From: Podarcis vaucheri
Lineage: Eukaryota
NCBI GenBank assembly: GCA_965113315.1
Contig: OZ220367.1
Length of the DNA: 64,000 nucleotides
Direction: 5' to 3' (one strand)
The notes under the pieces were generated by a model that saw nothing but the letters and a program-made list of their open reading frames with translations, was not told the DNA's origin and searched no databases. Each line of letters starts with the position of its first letter. Positions within the stretch are counted from its first letter, which is position 1. Positions 13,090 to 25,689 of the stretch are shown here, piece after piece. Both the position numbers and the translations under genes were made by a program.

Positions 13090-14279
13090 AAATAAAGGAC
13101 TACTTGCTAGACTATAGGCTGTATTCTTGCCAGGATGGTTTTAGAAGAATGAACCACTATCAAATCCAGGCCCCTGTCAGCTTAGGAGGAAGAAAATAAG
13201 AGAATTAGAAAAGCAAACAGAAGGAACAACTCTGTGACTCAGAGGAAAGCCACAGATTGAAGAAACAGCAATTTCTCAGCAAAGAGAGAGAACAGGAGGG
13301 ACACAGCAGAGCTTAATAAAAACAACAACAACCCCAAAACAGTTTGTTCTCTTGCAGAAGGAACTACAAACTAATAGAATATTAGGGTTTGGCGAAAGCA
13401 ATAGGATTGGCAGAAAGAGCAGACTGGTTGAAGAAGAATAACTGACTGTAAGGAGCTGTGAGTTAGGTAGAAAGTAGTTAAGAAAGTAGCTATTTAAAAA
13501 ATGTAAATTGGCAAGGTGCCCAAAAAACCCACCCAACAACCCCGAAAACACACATGATGATGTGCTATCATCAACAGACGCTCATCCAATATAACAGATC
13601 ACTGTTCTCACTTTGCAGCCTTTTTTGTATGTCATCTTGGCTAAGAAATCAAAGTTTTGCTTAGGAGTATATACTTTCCTTTTTGCTGTAAAGGTCAGTG
13701 AGCATCAAACTTCATCTGACATCTAATTATGCCAGTAAAAGTGTGTGAACAAAGAAATGCCAACTTACTTAAATAGCATATAACAAACACTTGTCCCCAG
13801 TGTTAATGAACCGGATAACAAAGGCAAAACTATGCAAACACTATAATTTACAGACAAGATGACACAGATTTACTTCAATTTACTTTTCCTTGCAATGCAC
13901 TTGGTTTTGAAAGGCCATTCCATTTTTCAAAAAGGCCATATTTGCTCACAACTTTCCCGAAAGCTTCCCTGGAACATATTTTAATCAACATATTTTAAAA
14001 CAGAAGGCATGTTAATTTGGGATTTTCTATGCTCTTGTCCCACAGTACCAATATTAGTAGTGAATTGCTTGTGAAACTGCTCCCCTAAAGAGGCCCACCA
14101 GGTCTGGTCTTTGATAAGTTTTAGGAAACTGGCAAAGGTATTTCTGTTGCATCTGGTTGTCAAACAAATTGCTTTTAATTGTCTATTGTCTAATTGACTA
14201 TTCTGTTATCTTTATGCAGCTTTCTTTTTAACTATCATTTTCCCTACTTGATGGATGTTATTTTAAGTTGTATATAGCT

Positions 14280-14400
14280 CACCACCTCATTGATTTTAAA
14301 TAGCATATAGGCAGCCAGTGCAAGCTTTTGAACACAGGAGTGGTGTGTTGATGGTACCCTGTACCCATCAACACTCTAGCCGCAATATTTTGCAGGGGCA
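14280..14400 (-). mobile_element. L2 LINE ORF2 C-terminal fragment
   Basis: Translation QNIAARVLMG...HTTPVFKSLHWLPI, homologous to the end of the L2 at 53960-55716. Confidence 0.65.
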
Positions 14401-16242
14401 GTGACATTTGGGACAAGATTCGACTTCTCACCATCTCTCTGAATGTACAGATTCTGATTTCTGAAGGGCTTTTAGTTACACGATTTTGAAAGAAATTAAA
14501 CAATTTAAACTATGCATACCAGTGCAGGACTGAAAGAATGAGCTCCTCCATTACCTGTCATGTGGAGAGGTAGATGAAACAGGTGCCCTCAGCGTTCTAA
14601 GGCAACTTGAGCAGCAGATGTTATTTAGAAGTAGCAAACTGGTAAGAAATATGCAAATAATCAGTGAGCAGTTTTCGGAGGTGAGGCAAGAGAAGCACTT
14701 CCCGCAAAATACCATGCCATTATACCCTCAAGAAAAGCTGTGAATTTGAGAGTCTCCAGCTTCCATGCCCCTGGTACTCCACCCTGCAACTGACAGCTGA
14801 ATTTCAACTTCTTTCTTTTGAAAAACCTTCTGAATTATTTGGCACGTACAAAAGGCTATGCATTTCAATTACTCAAGAAACTCGAGAATCTGGGGCACTG
14901 TGGACAATTAATTTCACCCTAGCTCCCAACTTCAGCCTGTCCCAGATAATTAACAAAAAGCTAAATAAAAATGTATTAACATTATATATAGTGTTAGAAT
15001 ACTCACCTGTGATCAGCATCGACAGAGATTTGCTTCAGTATCCAGTGAATTTAATATGGATTACTTTACTTTTGTGGAATCAAGCCTGACTTGAGAGTTG
15101 TGAAATGGAGCTTAATCATGGAGATTATCTTTTAAACATCTGAAGGTATTTTCTTTCTTAATATGCAAAAAAAAAAGAAAAAAGAAAATTCATCTAAATT
15201 ATAAAAAATACAGAGATTTTATAAAAATTGTGGTCAAAAACATAGGAAAAAAAGAAGTAGGTCAAGAAGTACAGAAATTGTAATGCTACACATATAAAAA
15301 AATCAATGACTATATTTCAGAAAGACTATACTTTCAGAGGTAATTTCTATAGAGTCAAACTGATGGTAGCTTTCTTAGCATTGGTCTCATTGGCTTTCCT
15401 CAACATTTTGCTAATAGAAAAGTCTACTGTCTTTGCTTTCTGCAATCCACATTTTCTAAAAGTGTTCCAAAAATGCTGAATGCCATCTGACAAGTCAGGC
15501 ATGAGATGAGCATTTTCTAAGACCTCTTCTCCTGAAGCCAGGAACATCTTGTCGTCCTTAATGCTCTTTTGCCCCTGGCAGCCAGCAATTGAGAAATCAT
15601 CCCTGCTGTTATGATACATTTAGTTGCCATTTGAGCCATGAGGCTGAATGACTGCTGCTGCCCTTCTGAAGGCGGCTTTGTTAAAGAGGATGGCATGGTC
15701 TCATTCTCCATAATAAGGTAGTTTGCCACAGGGGACTAAATGCAGCTCTCCGGGCCTTTCCGGCTGACCCACTGAATTCTGCTCAGGCCACACAACTCTC
15801 CCTGGATGCTTTGCACCATCCATGAGAGTTTTTGCCTGGCTGGAATGTGTTGTTGAACTGTGAGAAAATGCCTCTTGCTTGCCTGCATTGAGGAGAGAGA
15901 GATGGGCCTATGGGGTTTTTGACTTTCATATGGCTGGGATGTAACCTACTGTATAAAGGAAAGAATCATCTCTGTTGCTACACCCCAGGTCTCTGGCCCT
16001 GCCCACCTCTGGTATGAGGGAATATGGCCATTGGACTGAGAAAGGTCCTCTACCCCTAGTTTACTGGATATGTAAAAAGTCCTGCCAACAAAATGTTATG
16101 GATTTTTTTTATTTATTTATTTTTTTGGACGCCGTTAGAACCTGCCTTTAAGGGCATCTCCCACTGTGTTTCAGTCACACACCAGAAACATCTGAAAATG
16201 AGTGGGGGTATATTTCACTCTGGCATTATCTAAAAAATAATA

Positions 16243-16587
16243 AAGGTAAAGGTGAAGGGACCCCTGACCATTAGGTCCAGTCGTGACCGACTCTGGGGTT
16301 GCAGCGCTCATCTCGCTTTATTGGCTGAGGGAGCTTCCAGGTCATGTGGCCAGCATGACTAAGCCGCTTCTGGCGAACCAGAGCAGCACACGGAAATGCC
16401 GTTTACCTTCCCATCAGAGCGGTACCTATTTATCTACTTGCACTTTGATGTGCTTTCGAACTTCTAGTTTGGCAGGAGCAGGGACCGAGCAATGGGAGCT
16501 CACCCCGTCATGGGGATTCGAACCACCGCCCTTCTGAACGGCAAGTCCTAGGCTCTGTGGTTTAACCCACAGCACCACCCACATCCC
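16243..16587 (-). mobile_element. Sauria SINE
   Basis: tRNA-like head with B box, (TTTACC)n tail, TSD taaaaaataata. Confidence 0.9.
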
Positions 16588-16635
16588 TAAAAAATAATAC
16601 TTTACATTAATTAGTAACTAGCATTCAAGTCAACA

Positions 16636-16636
16636 C

Positions 16637-16675
<39 letters not shown>

Positions 16676-16862
16676 CCCCAATCTGACTGATTTGCCCCAG
16701 CCACCATGGGTGGCTTCCAACATATATAAAAACATAACAAAATGTTACATTAAAAAGCTTACCTATGCAGGGCTGCTTTCAGATGTCTTCTAAAGGTTAT
16801 ATAGTTACTCATCTCCTTGACATCTGATGGGAGGGTGCCACTACCAAGAAGGCCCTCTGCCT
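16636..16862 (-). mobile_element. L2 3' end fragment with (AAT)n tail
   Basis: Reverse complement of the 55440-55716 region. Confidence 0.75.
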
Positions 16863-18329
16863 TATCATTTTATGTTATCATTATCACTTGAGGGGTTTTC
16901 CCCTATCCAAAGACCCTTGAAATATTGATTTGAAGAAGAACCTGGTGAATAGGTGGGACTATACTCACAGTTCAGCAGGCAAGAAAATAATGCTCCGGAT
17001 CACAATCAGAGACATGGCCAGGCTGCAATGCCGCCTGACCATTTGAAGGTAGGCGGACTTTCCCAACTGCCTACCCTCTCTGCCCTTCCTTTCTGATGGA
17101 ACAACACTGTCTGGTTTAAACGATGCCTTTACATCGTATCAGTGGGGCAGCGGGGGTGGGGGGCAGTGTCACTGTTTTTTCATGTGCAGGCAAAGCTGCA
17201 GGCACTTCTGTCTCTTACACTGTTTCCCTTCACAACCACCTCCCATTTTCTGTTCCATCCTTTACTCATTGCATGCAGCCCTGTTTCCATTCCACAGCAG
17301 TTCCCCCTCCACACACAAAAACAATTGTTCATCTCACTGCTGCAGCGAAACTATGTAACTTCCATTATTGCCATTATGTTATTCCAGCTGGTTTATTTTA
17401 TTGCAAAGAAAACACAATGCAAATTTGGGTAGGTGAGCAAGCATGGGAGAACCTAATCGACTACATACCATTTGTGGACTGAAGGCAACAGTAGCAGCAA
17501 ATGTCAATAATATTCACTGGATTGATTACTGTTCTGGACATGTGACATGCAAGCGATCACTGGGAATTTCCACTTCCATTTTCACCAGAATTCTCTGATA
17601 TCCCTACTCAGTCAGTAAATCTGACTGTGCACACTTAAATCTTCTTCAATGATCTTGCGGATTCCCTTGTACTCTTCTGCAAAACTCTTAGGATTCCCTC
17701 ACTTTCAATCACTGAGGGATTGATGGTTAACTCTTCAAAATTTCTTGTTTCATAAGCAGCCTAATTCCAAATCTTCTACCTCAAGAGACCTACTCTTCCT
17801 TCACTGCTGGCAGCTCTGCCATATCCCTCATTGTCAAAATTAAGACTTTAAGCTCCAGTACCTATAAAGCAAAGCACCATGTGCTTTGATGCATAATCCA
17901 TGCAATGAATAAGTTGGGACATAGAAAGAGTGTAGAACATGGTATTGGCTGCAAAATCCAACTTCCTGAGAACCTTAGCTTTCATTTGAATGAAGCAAGT
18001 TTTAGCCCTCATTGGTAAACAAATACATGTTTGAAATTGAGTGGGCAATGCCTGCTGAAATCTTAGAAGCCAGATAAGATGAGATTACAAGGTAAGATAG
18101 CCAGTGATCCATAATAGAGGCACAGTGATCTACATAGCTTTAATGCCCTTTACCATAACTAACAAAATAAGAAATGTGCGCAGGATAAGCTGCAGATGAA
18201 TGTAGGGGAAACTACACAAAATTATCTGATTTGTATCATATATAAAGGTCACAGAATTCAACTTTCCCAGCACAGAGTTTGAATGGTCATCTAACACCCA
18301 CACTATTTTTAATACATAAAGCTCTATTG

Positions 18330-18800
18330 GCAAGGCAGCTACAGCAATAGCTCACCTCTCCAAAAGGGTATGGAGAGGTGAGCCATGCTAGCTTGGACAT
18401 GTCCAGAGAATGGAAGATGGCAGGATCCCCAGGGATATGCTCTATAGATGGCTGACGTCAGGCACCAGGCTCATTGGCAGACCAACTCTGAGTTACAAAG
18501 ATGTCTGCAGATGTGACTTGAAGGCTGGCAACGTAATCCTACCATATGAGAATCCCTTGCAGATGACCACAGTGGCCAGAGACAGTCAGATTTTGCATCC
18601 ATAGCAGTGACCAGAGGAGGAACATAGAGAGAAGAAAAGCCACATCGGCACAGCCAGACGCTTTCATCTGCCCCAGGTGCAACAAAACATGTCTCTCTTG
18701 TATCGGTCTCTACAGCCACAGCAGGTGCTGCAACCTTCCAGCAGTTTGACTTCACCCCCAAAAGTGCACTCCTCCATTGTCTCCCAAGACAGACAGATGT
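18330..18800 (+). mobile_element. Degenerate RTE-clade LINE 3' fragment
   Basis: DGRIPRDMLY...GRPTLSYKDVC and a C-terminal CxxC...H-like zinc knuckle. Confidence 0.65.
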
Positions 18801-20058
18801 CAACAGCAAAGCTCTGATCACATCCTGCAGTGCTCACACATCAAATTTCAAAGGGAGAAGAGACTGCAAAACCTTATGCAAGGAGGGCTTTTAGCTCACC
18901 TTTAGGAATCAACCATGTTTTTTATTTCATTGATCCACCAAATTTGGTAGTGAGGATTCATAAGCAAGACCTCGGAAGACGAACATACATTCCAGAGCAC
19001 TTCAAATGCATAGCAACAACAGTTTCAAAACCCACTGATGAGCCAGATTGGAATCCAGCCTATCTGCAGCCACTTTAAATGCCTCTGAAAAATGGCAAAC
19101 AAATGCAATTAGTGTTCAATAAGTATTTAATGCTAAGCAATGCATTTAAGTACTTTTATATGGCATTTTAATTGGAAAACACTCTTCCAATTACATTTAT
19201 TGCACATTTCTGAACCTACCTGAATAAAATATTAAACGTAGCACCTTGAATGCTGCTGTTCTACCAAAATGCCAAAAAACTGAGGGTCAGAAAGTTTGCC
19301 ATAAGCCACCAGAAAAATGGTACCATCTGAGGGATATCAGCCCATAAGTTTCTGCTATGTTCTGGAACTGCATCATATGTTGGGTGGCCTGTAGATTTTA
19401 ATAGATTTTCCTTTCCTTTTGCAGTTAGCTCCAACTCATCCTATCCACCCCAAAACAGGGCATAATATTCTAAGAGCACCATCAGGGCTTTAAAGGAACT
19501 GTAGGCAGTTTAACCAAATGCCCTGTGTACCATGACCCAGTATCCTCCTTGCCTGGATCATTAGGTGACAGCCAGAAGGCAAGTCTGATATAAATCCCCT
19601 AGTTCATCCGCATCCCCCCAGTCCATACCCATATGACAGACCCAAACCTGTGTTTATACCACAGGAACCCAAGTTTCCTCACCACTTAGAAATGACAAGG
19701 TGTTTTTTTCTTTGCTCATACCAATACTGAAGTCATGATACAGGCAAAGCTAGATGTACTGTCACGTTAAGACTAATGCACCAGCCCAACTGGGGCCCCT
19801 GCTGTGGTTCAGTTGCACGGCATTTCCAAGTGGTTAAAAGTGTGTTTCTACCCATTTTCAGGTTTCTTTAAAATTCTCTGCAGCTTAGAAATATTAATAT
19901 AAACCACGGAAGGAGCAACCATGTTCTAGGCTTGAGAGAAATTAGAGTAATGGCAGGCTGGCCAACATTTATTATTGCTGCTTTACTCTTCAGCAATTTA
20001 AAATTCAGTATTAAAAAAAGATGGAACAATTACAGTAGCATGAATATAAACTAGAATA

Positions 20059-20408
20059 AAGGTAAAGGGACCCCTGACCATTAGGTCCAGTCATGACCGA
20101 CTCTGGGGTTGCGGCGCTCATCTCACTTTATTGGCCAAGGGAGCCGGCTTACAGCTTCAAGGTCATGTGGCCAGCATGACTAAGCCGCTTCTGGCGAACC
20201 AGAGCAGCGCACAGAAACGCCGTTTACCTTCCCGCCAGAGCGGTACCTATTTATCTACTTGCACTTTGACATGCTTTCGAACTGCTAGGTTGGCAGGAGC
20301 AGGGACCGAGCAACGGGCGCTCACCCCATTGCGGGGATTCGAACCACCGACCTTCTGATTGGCAAGTCCTGGGCTCTGTGGATTAACCCACAGCGCCACC
20401 CATGTCCC
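20059..20408 (-). mobile_element. Sauria SINE
   Basis: Full length; TSD ataaactagaata at 20046-20058 and 20409-20421. Confidence 0.92.
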
Positions 20409-23114
20409 ATAAACTAGAATAGTCACTCCAAATAGCAAGCAGGCCCACTGAGAAGCGAGAGGAAACGTTGGCATGCAAATCCTGAGGTTTGCAGAAGCTG
20501 TTTAAAAGAAAAACTGAGAGCCACCACCCCCCACCAAAAGCAACAACAAAATACCCTCCAATGTTTCTAGGATGAGGGATCCAGAAAATGCTAAGGGCTT
20601 TATCGTTTAATCTTATACAAGTCTGTAGACCCAATTTTAAGTCCCACTGAGTTCAGTAGGGGCTTATTCTCAGGTAAGGGGGCATAGGGCTTTGCAGCCT
20701 TAATCTGAGCTACAAGTCCTGTTTTGGATTAGAGTGCCTTCTCCTTTGGAATGTAATAGTTTTGGGCTCTGTGCGTGTGTGTGTGTTTTAGAGGTTACCA
20801 ACAGCAAACCTAGTCAGAGCAGAAAATTCAAGCCGTTTATAATGCTCAAATCCCTCAATACAACACAGCCAGCCACAGGTAGTGTGACTGAGAAACATAT
20901 CACCTCTTCAGTAATACAAAGGCGTGATAGCAATCAATGATGCAGCCTCGGGGTGCATTTCAGATCATGACATTCCATTCTGTTTCATACAAAGGGATGC
21001 CTTCCTTTATGCAGACTGCAAAATACACACACTTCTTCCTGCATTCTGATTTTAAAAACTATTTGTTACCAAGTCTTTCCTGTGCTATTCTTATTATAAT
21101 TGCATTGTTCCTTCTTTCTGCCTAGGGCTCTGATGAGAATCCCTGTGCATCAGTCTAGAATATATAGTCTTTTATTGATCATAACAGTGTAACTATAAGA
21201 ACATAAGAAGAACGTGCTTGGACAGGCCACGGACCCACCTAGTCCAGCACCCTGTTTTTGTCAACCCGATGCCTGCGGGCAGCTCACAATATATGCATCT
21301 CTAAGGCTGGATCTACAATGACCTGTTTAATGTTATTTCCTATTAGAACAATATTGGATATGTCATTCTAAAACGTCGCAGGGCATGCTTGTTACTCAAA
21401 ATGTTCTTTACCTTGGTTTTTTCTGTCAGTTGTAAGTAATACCTGGCCACACCATTTTCTAGTACGCTGTTTCTATCTGTGCTGTTGGTTGTTCTTGTGT
21501 CCCATTTTAATTCTTCCTTGCTCCCATTGGAGGGGGGATGGGTCACAGTTTGAATGCAGTTTTAAAAAAAAGGTAAAACACTACATAGGGACATATGAGC
21601 AGTGTTTCACCGATATAGCAGCATAAAACAATTAAAAATTAAGCGATAAAAAAGACAAGGTAATAACACGTCATGAACGTAAAAGTAAGGACATCATGTG
21701 TCCATCTACATTATCAAAACCATTCCTGAATGTTAAAAACCTTAAGTGTAGACTGCCCCAAGTCTGCAATCCTATGCACACTTACCTAAAAGTGAGTCCC
21801 ATTGAACTCAGGTACAGGACAACAGCTATGATATTATATGGTAAAAATGTCAACTCCTAATAATGTTTGCTCAGAAGGAAGGTCCAATGTGTTCAGTGGG
21901 GTTGGTTTCCTAGTAACTGTGATTAGGATGGCATTTTAAGACTGCAATTATGTGCATACTTACCTGAGAATAAGTTCCATTTCAGTCACAGGACTTATTG
22001 TTGAGGAGACATGCATAGGGTTGGGCTGTAAATCTAATTCACTGTTTTTCTTCTTCTTAAACCTTTGAAGTAGCCCTGCATTAAAAAAAAATAAAAAAAT
22101 TCAGATGGCCATGATGATTTTGACTTGGAGATGATTTCCCCATTTTTGTTTGCATCTGCCCAGTGGTAAAATGATGTGACCGTGTTCAATAAATGCTGTT
22201 GACACATTATGCTAAAAGCATAACCCTGATGAAAATAAAAAGCCTGAGAGAAAATCTCACTGTGTAAGTGAGCAATAGCATTGGGAAGTCATTCACATTA
22301 TTGGGAATATGTTACTCCGTTCCTAACAAGAGATGCCAAGTCTTTTAAAAAACAAACAAACATGGGTGTTAGCCTGGCTAAAAGAAAGTTGCATGCAGCG
22401 ATTACAAATTTTGCAGCCAGGCAGCCCATTGAAACAAAGAGCCAGAATTACATTAAGAATATTTTCCTGTAGTTTATCTCTTACTGCCATCTGCAGGTCG
22501 TATACAAACATTGTTTGTTCATTTTTGCATTTTAGAGCATTTTTCTTTAGCTGTCCAGTGCTTCACATAATTATTTGAGGAGTGGGTGGGAATGGGATGG
22601 GGGGGGGTCCGCCACTAATGCTAGCTGCTAGTTTTTAAAAATTGAGGTGTATGTGTAATGGAAGCTCCTGACAAGCAGGTCCCCCAAGACAACAGGGCAC
22701 AATTAATTGGGCATTTCTTCTGCAGAGGCCCCAAAAGAATACATTTAATTGGAGCTTCTTCAAGAAAACTTCCCAGTGGACCGTAGTCATAATTCTTACT
22801 GCGTTTCTGTGGTATTAGAATGGGAAGCCATAGCCCTCTGAGACCACTCCAAAATAAGTGATCTGAGGCTCAGAGCCAGAAACGCTCTCAGATGTGTATT
22901 ACCATCAACATTCACTTAGAGCATGAACACTCCACTTCATGAACGCCTTACATCTTGCCTGCTGCCAATAAAAGCACCATTATCAGTCCCACAGTAAATA
23001 ACTCTATTACTTGACAGGTTTTCATTTCATAACATGGCCCTCTGTTTTTAACCTATCTGAAGCTTGTAACTTTGCATGCTATTTTCTGCCTCATGTGCTT
23101 TCTTCAGCCCGTGC

Positions 23115-23395
23115 TGTAGATGTGGGCCTGATCCCAGACTCTCCACGTGTCCCTGTTTTCCAGGGACAGAAGCCGTCTCAGTTTCTGAATTGATTCCAGA
23201 ATGTCTGGCTTTTCCTTCAGACACCCGTTTTCATTGGAGAAATGTTGGGAGGTTATGGAGTTATTCGAACCCCGAGCCATCTTAAAACAGCCCTGTATAG
23301 GGAAGTCTTTTAATGTTTAATGTTTTATTATGTTTTTATATATGTTGAAAGCCGCCCAGAGTGGCTGGGACAGTACAGTCAGATGGGTGGGTTAC
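23115..23395 (+). mobile_element. Non-autonomous element with L2 3' tail
   Basis: Head shared with 25225-25390 and 34722-34875, fused to the L2 tail gccgcccagagtggctggg. Confidence 0.6.
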
Positions 23396-23396
23396 T

Positions 23397-23442
<46 letters not shown>
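23397..23442. repeat. (CAA)n microsatellite
   Basis: Seen directly. Confidence 0.95.
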
Positions 23443-23926
23443 CGGTAGAATAGGACATCAGATAAATATTGGAGGGTTTGTGATCCTAGTCTTATCACTT
23501 TCAGCAGTCTTGATTTCCCCTAAATAATTCTGGGAGCTGTAGTTTGTTACAGGTGCTGAAAGTTTTGGGAAGACCCCATTCCCTTCCCAAAGCTACAATT
23601 CCCAGAGTTGTCTGTGAAGAGGGATTGGTTGTTAATTTGCTCTTGGAAGAAGGGTTTCCCAATCACTCTCATCATCCTTAACAAACTAGGGCTCCTGGAA
23701 TTCTTTGAAGAAAGCCATGACTGTTGAAAGTGGTATCATAGCAATTTAAATGTGTGGTATGAATGTGGTCTTAGACTTGTCCAACAGTAATGCAGTAATG
23801 AAAGAGAAGAAGATGTTTAGTTGCAAGAAACGGAGTCAGTAGGAGAGAAGGGCAGGCATCTCTAGATGATCACAGAACTCTTTTGATTTCAGCCATTATT
23901 CAATGCTTTTATCACAAGTGGAGAGG

Positions 23927-23929
<3 letters not shown>

Positions 23930-23969
<40 letters not shown>

Positions 23970-23991
23970 AGGGAGGGAGGGAGGGAGGGAG
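23930..23991. repeat. (GA)n(GGGA)n compound microsatellite
   Basis: Seen directly. Confidence 0.95.
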
Positions 23992-25032
23992 CGCTTGTTT
24001 GGTAACTTTAGAATATGAACATCTGCAGATGATGAAAGGCAAATGTTATGGTAGCACTGACATCAATTCTAAGGTAATAGCAGGCATGGAATTCTAATCA
24101 CTGGAGTTTAACCCACAAAACAGCAGCAGAAGACAACTAGAACCATCAACAGTGCATTTAGATTTTCCCATTGTGTATTCGTATTTTACAGTTTTTGTGA
24201 GAGAAAGTTAACCTTGCAAGTTGAAAGAGTAGTGGGTTTTTAGATATTTTCTGCCATCTAGAGCATTGAAATTGACACTGCATACATATGCAATAGAGAT
24301 GTTACTTGGGTGGGCAGATCTCCTCCAAGCAGTCCTGAATTTTATGTTGTGATTGTGACAAGTGCTTTCAAATGAGTTTATTACGGCATCAGTGCTGCTT
24401 ATGCATGCATGTTTTTCAAAGCATTTACATGGCACTGTTAGCATCAAAATGCCAGCCTGTATTTTTATTTTTAAAAAACATTTTATCCAGATTCACCCTA
24501 CAACAGAAAATCCAAAAAGTAAATAACCCATTATACAGCCACAGTCATTGCTGGTGTGGATTTAGTGCATTTTTCTCTTTTTTATGGGTGGTTTTTCCAC
24601 ATATGTGATGACATTTTGGTTGTTAGTCTTTAATGCCATATATTGACTTCCTGTTCCTGACTTTTGTTCCTGGTGGCCCAAACAATTTGAAGAAGGGACT
24701 TCTCATTTGCCCTAACATTAACACAACCACATTTTCTATGGCAAGAGTTACAAAACAGTCACTATGCTCATTTTCCAATAGCAATTTAATGTAGCTCTTT
24801 GAATGCTTGTAAACAACGATTCTGCCACATTCTGAGGTAATGGTAAATGAATGCAATGACAAGCAAACAAATATTTATTTGCTGACTGAGACCCAAATCC
24901 CAATCAAGAAACTTTGGTGGTTGCATCCTATTCTAGCCTATCTCTTTGGCAATACTGGTTCAAGTGCAACTTTTATCACCATTATAGCATGCCCTCCAAC
25001 AATTCTCCTCCAACATGAAAGAAGGAACATCC

Positions 25033-25034
<2 letters not shown>

Positions 25035-25082
<48 letters not shown>

Positions 25083-25390
25083 ACCCCACCCATCTGACTG
25101 GGTTGCCCCAGCCACTCTGGGTGGCTTTCAACATATATAAAAACATAATAAAACATTAAACATAAAAAATTTCCATATCCAGGGCTGCCTTCAAATGTCT
25201 TCTAAAGGTTGCAATTTATTTATCTCCTTGGCTGAGGGGTCACATAACTCCATATCTTCCTACATTTCTCCAATGAAAATAGGAACATCCTAAGGAAAAG
25301 CGGGACATTCCAAGATAAAATCAGAAACCAGGATGGTTTCTGTAAATCCAGGACTGTCCCTGGAAAATAGGGATACTTGGAGGGGCTGTT
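25035..25390 (-). mobile_element. Non-autonomous element with L2 3' tail and (ATT)n
   Basis: Inverted relative of 23115-23395. Confidence 0.65.
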
Positions 25391-25689
25391 ATAGTACTTT
25401 TAACAATACCAGTAACAGTAAATTTTGTTTTCCTTCTGGCTAAAAGTCCCAAGTCAGAGATCAGCATGGATTGGACTCATGACCTGACTGCAGATTCGGA
25501 AGCTAGCTATCTCTGTCACAAAGGAAACAAAGGTATTCAATTAAATATACAAGGAGGATTGCCTTGGTCGACAGCTCTGCATATCATTCAGATCCCACAG
25601 AGACAAGTGCAAATGAATGCATCATAACTCCTTGCCAATTCCACAGCCTTCCTAGCACTAATAAAACAGAATGATTCGGCTCCTCCATA

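Noticed and set aside
13140-13560. Purine-rich LTR-like stretch
   Set aside because: No termini, TSD or second copy could be found.
21764-22030. Tandem short imperfect palindromes (tgcaatccta...taggattgca type)
   Set aside because: A common dispersed decayed MITE-like family, also seen near 20615, 49500 and 51222. Boundaries are too degraded to annotate.
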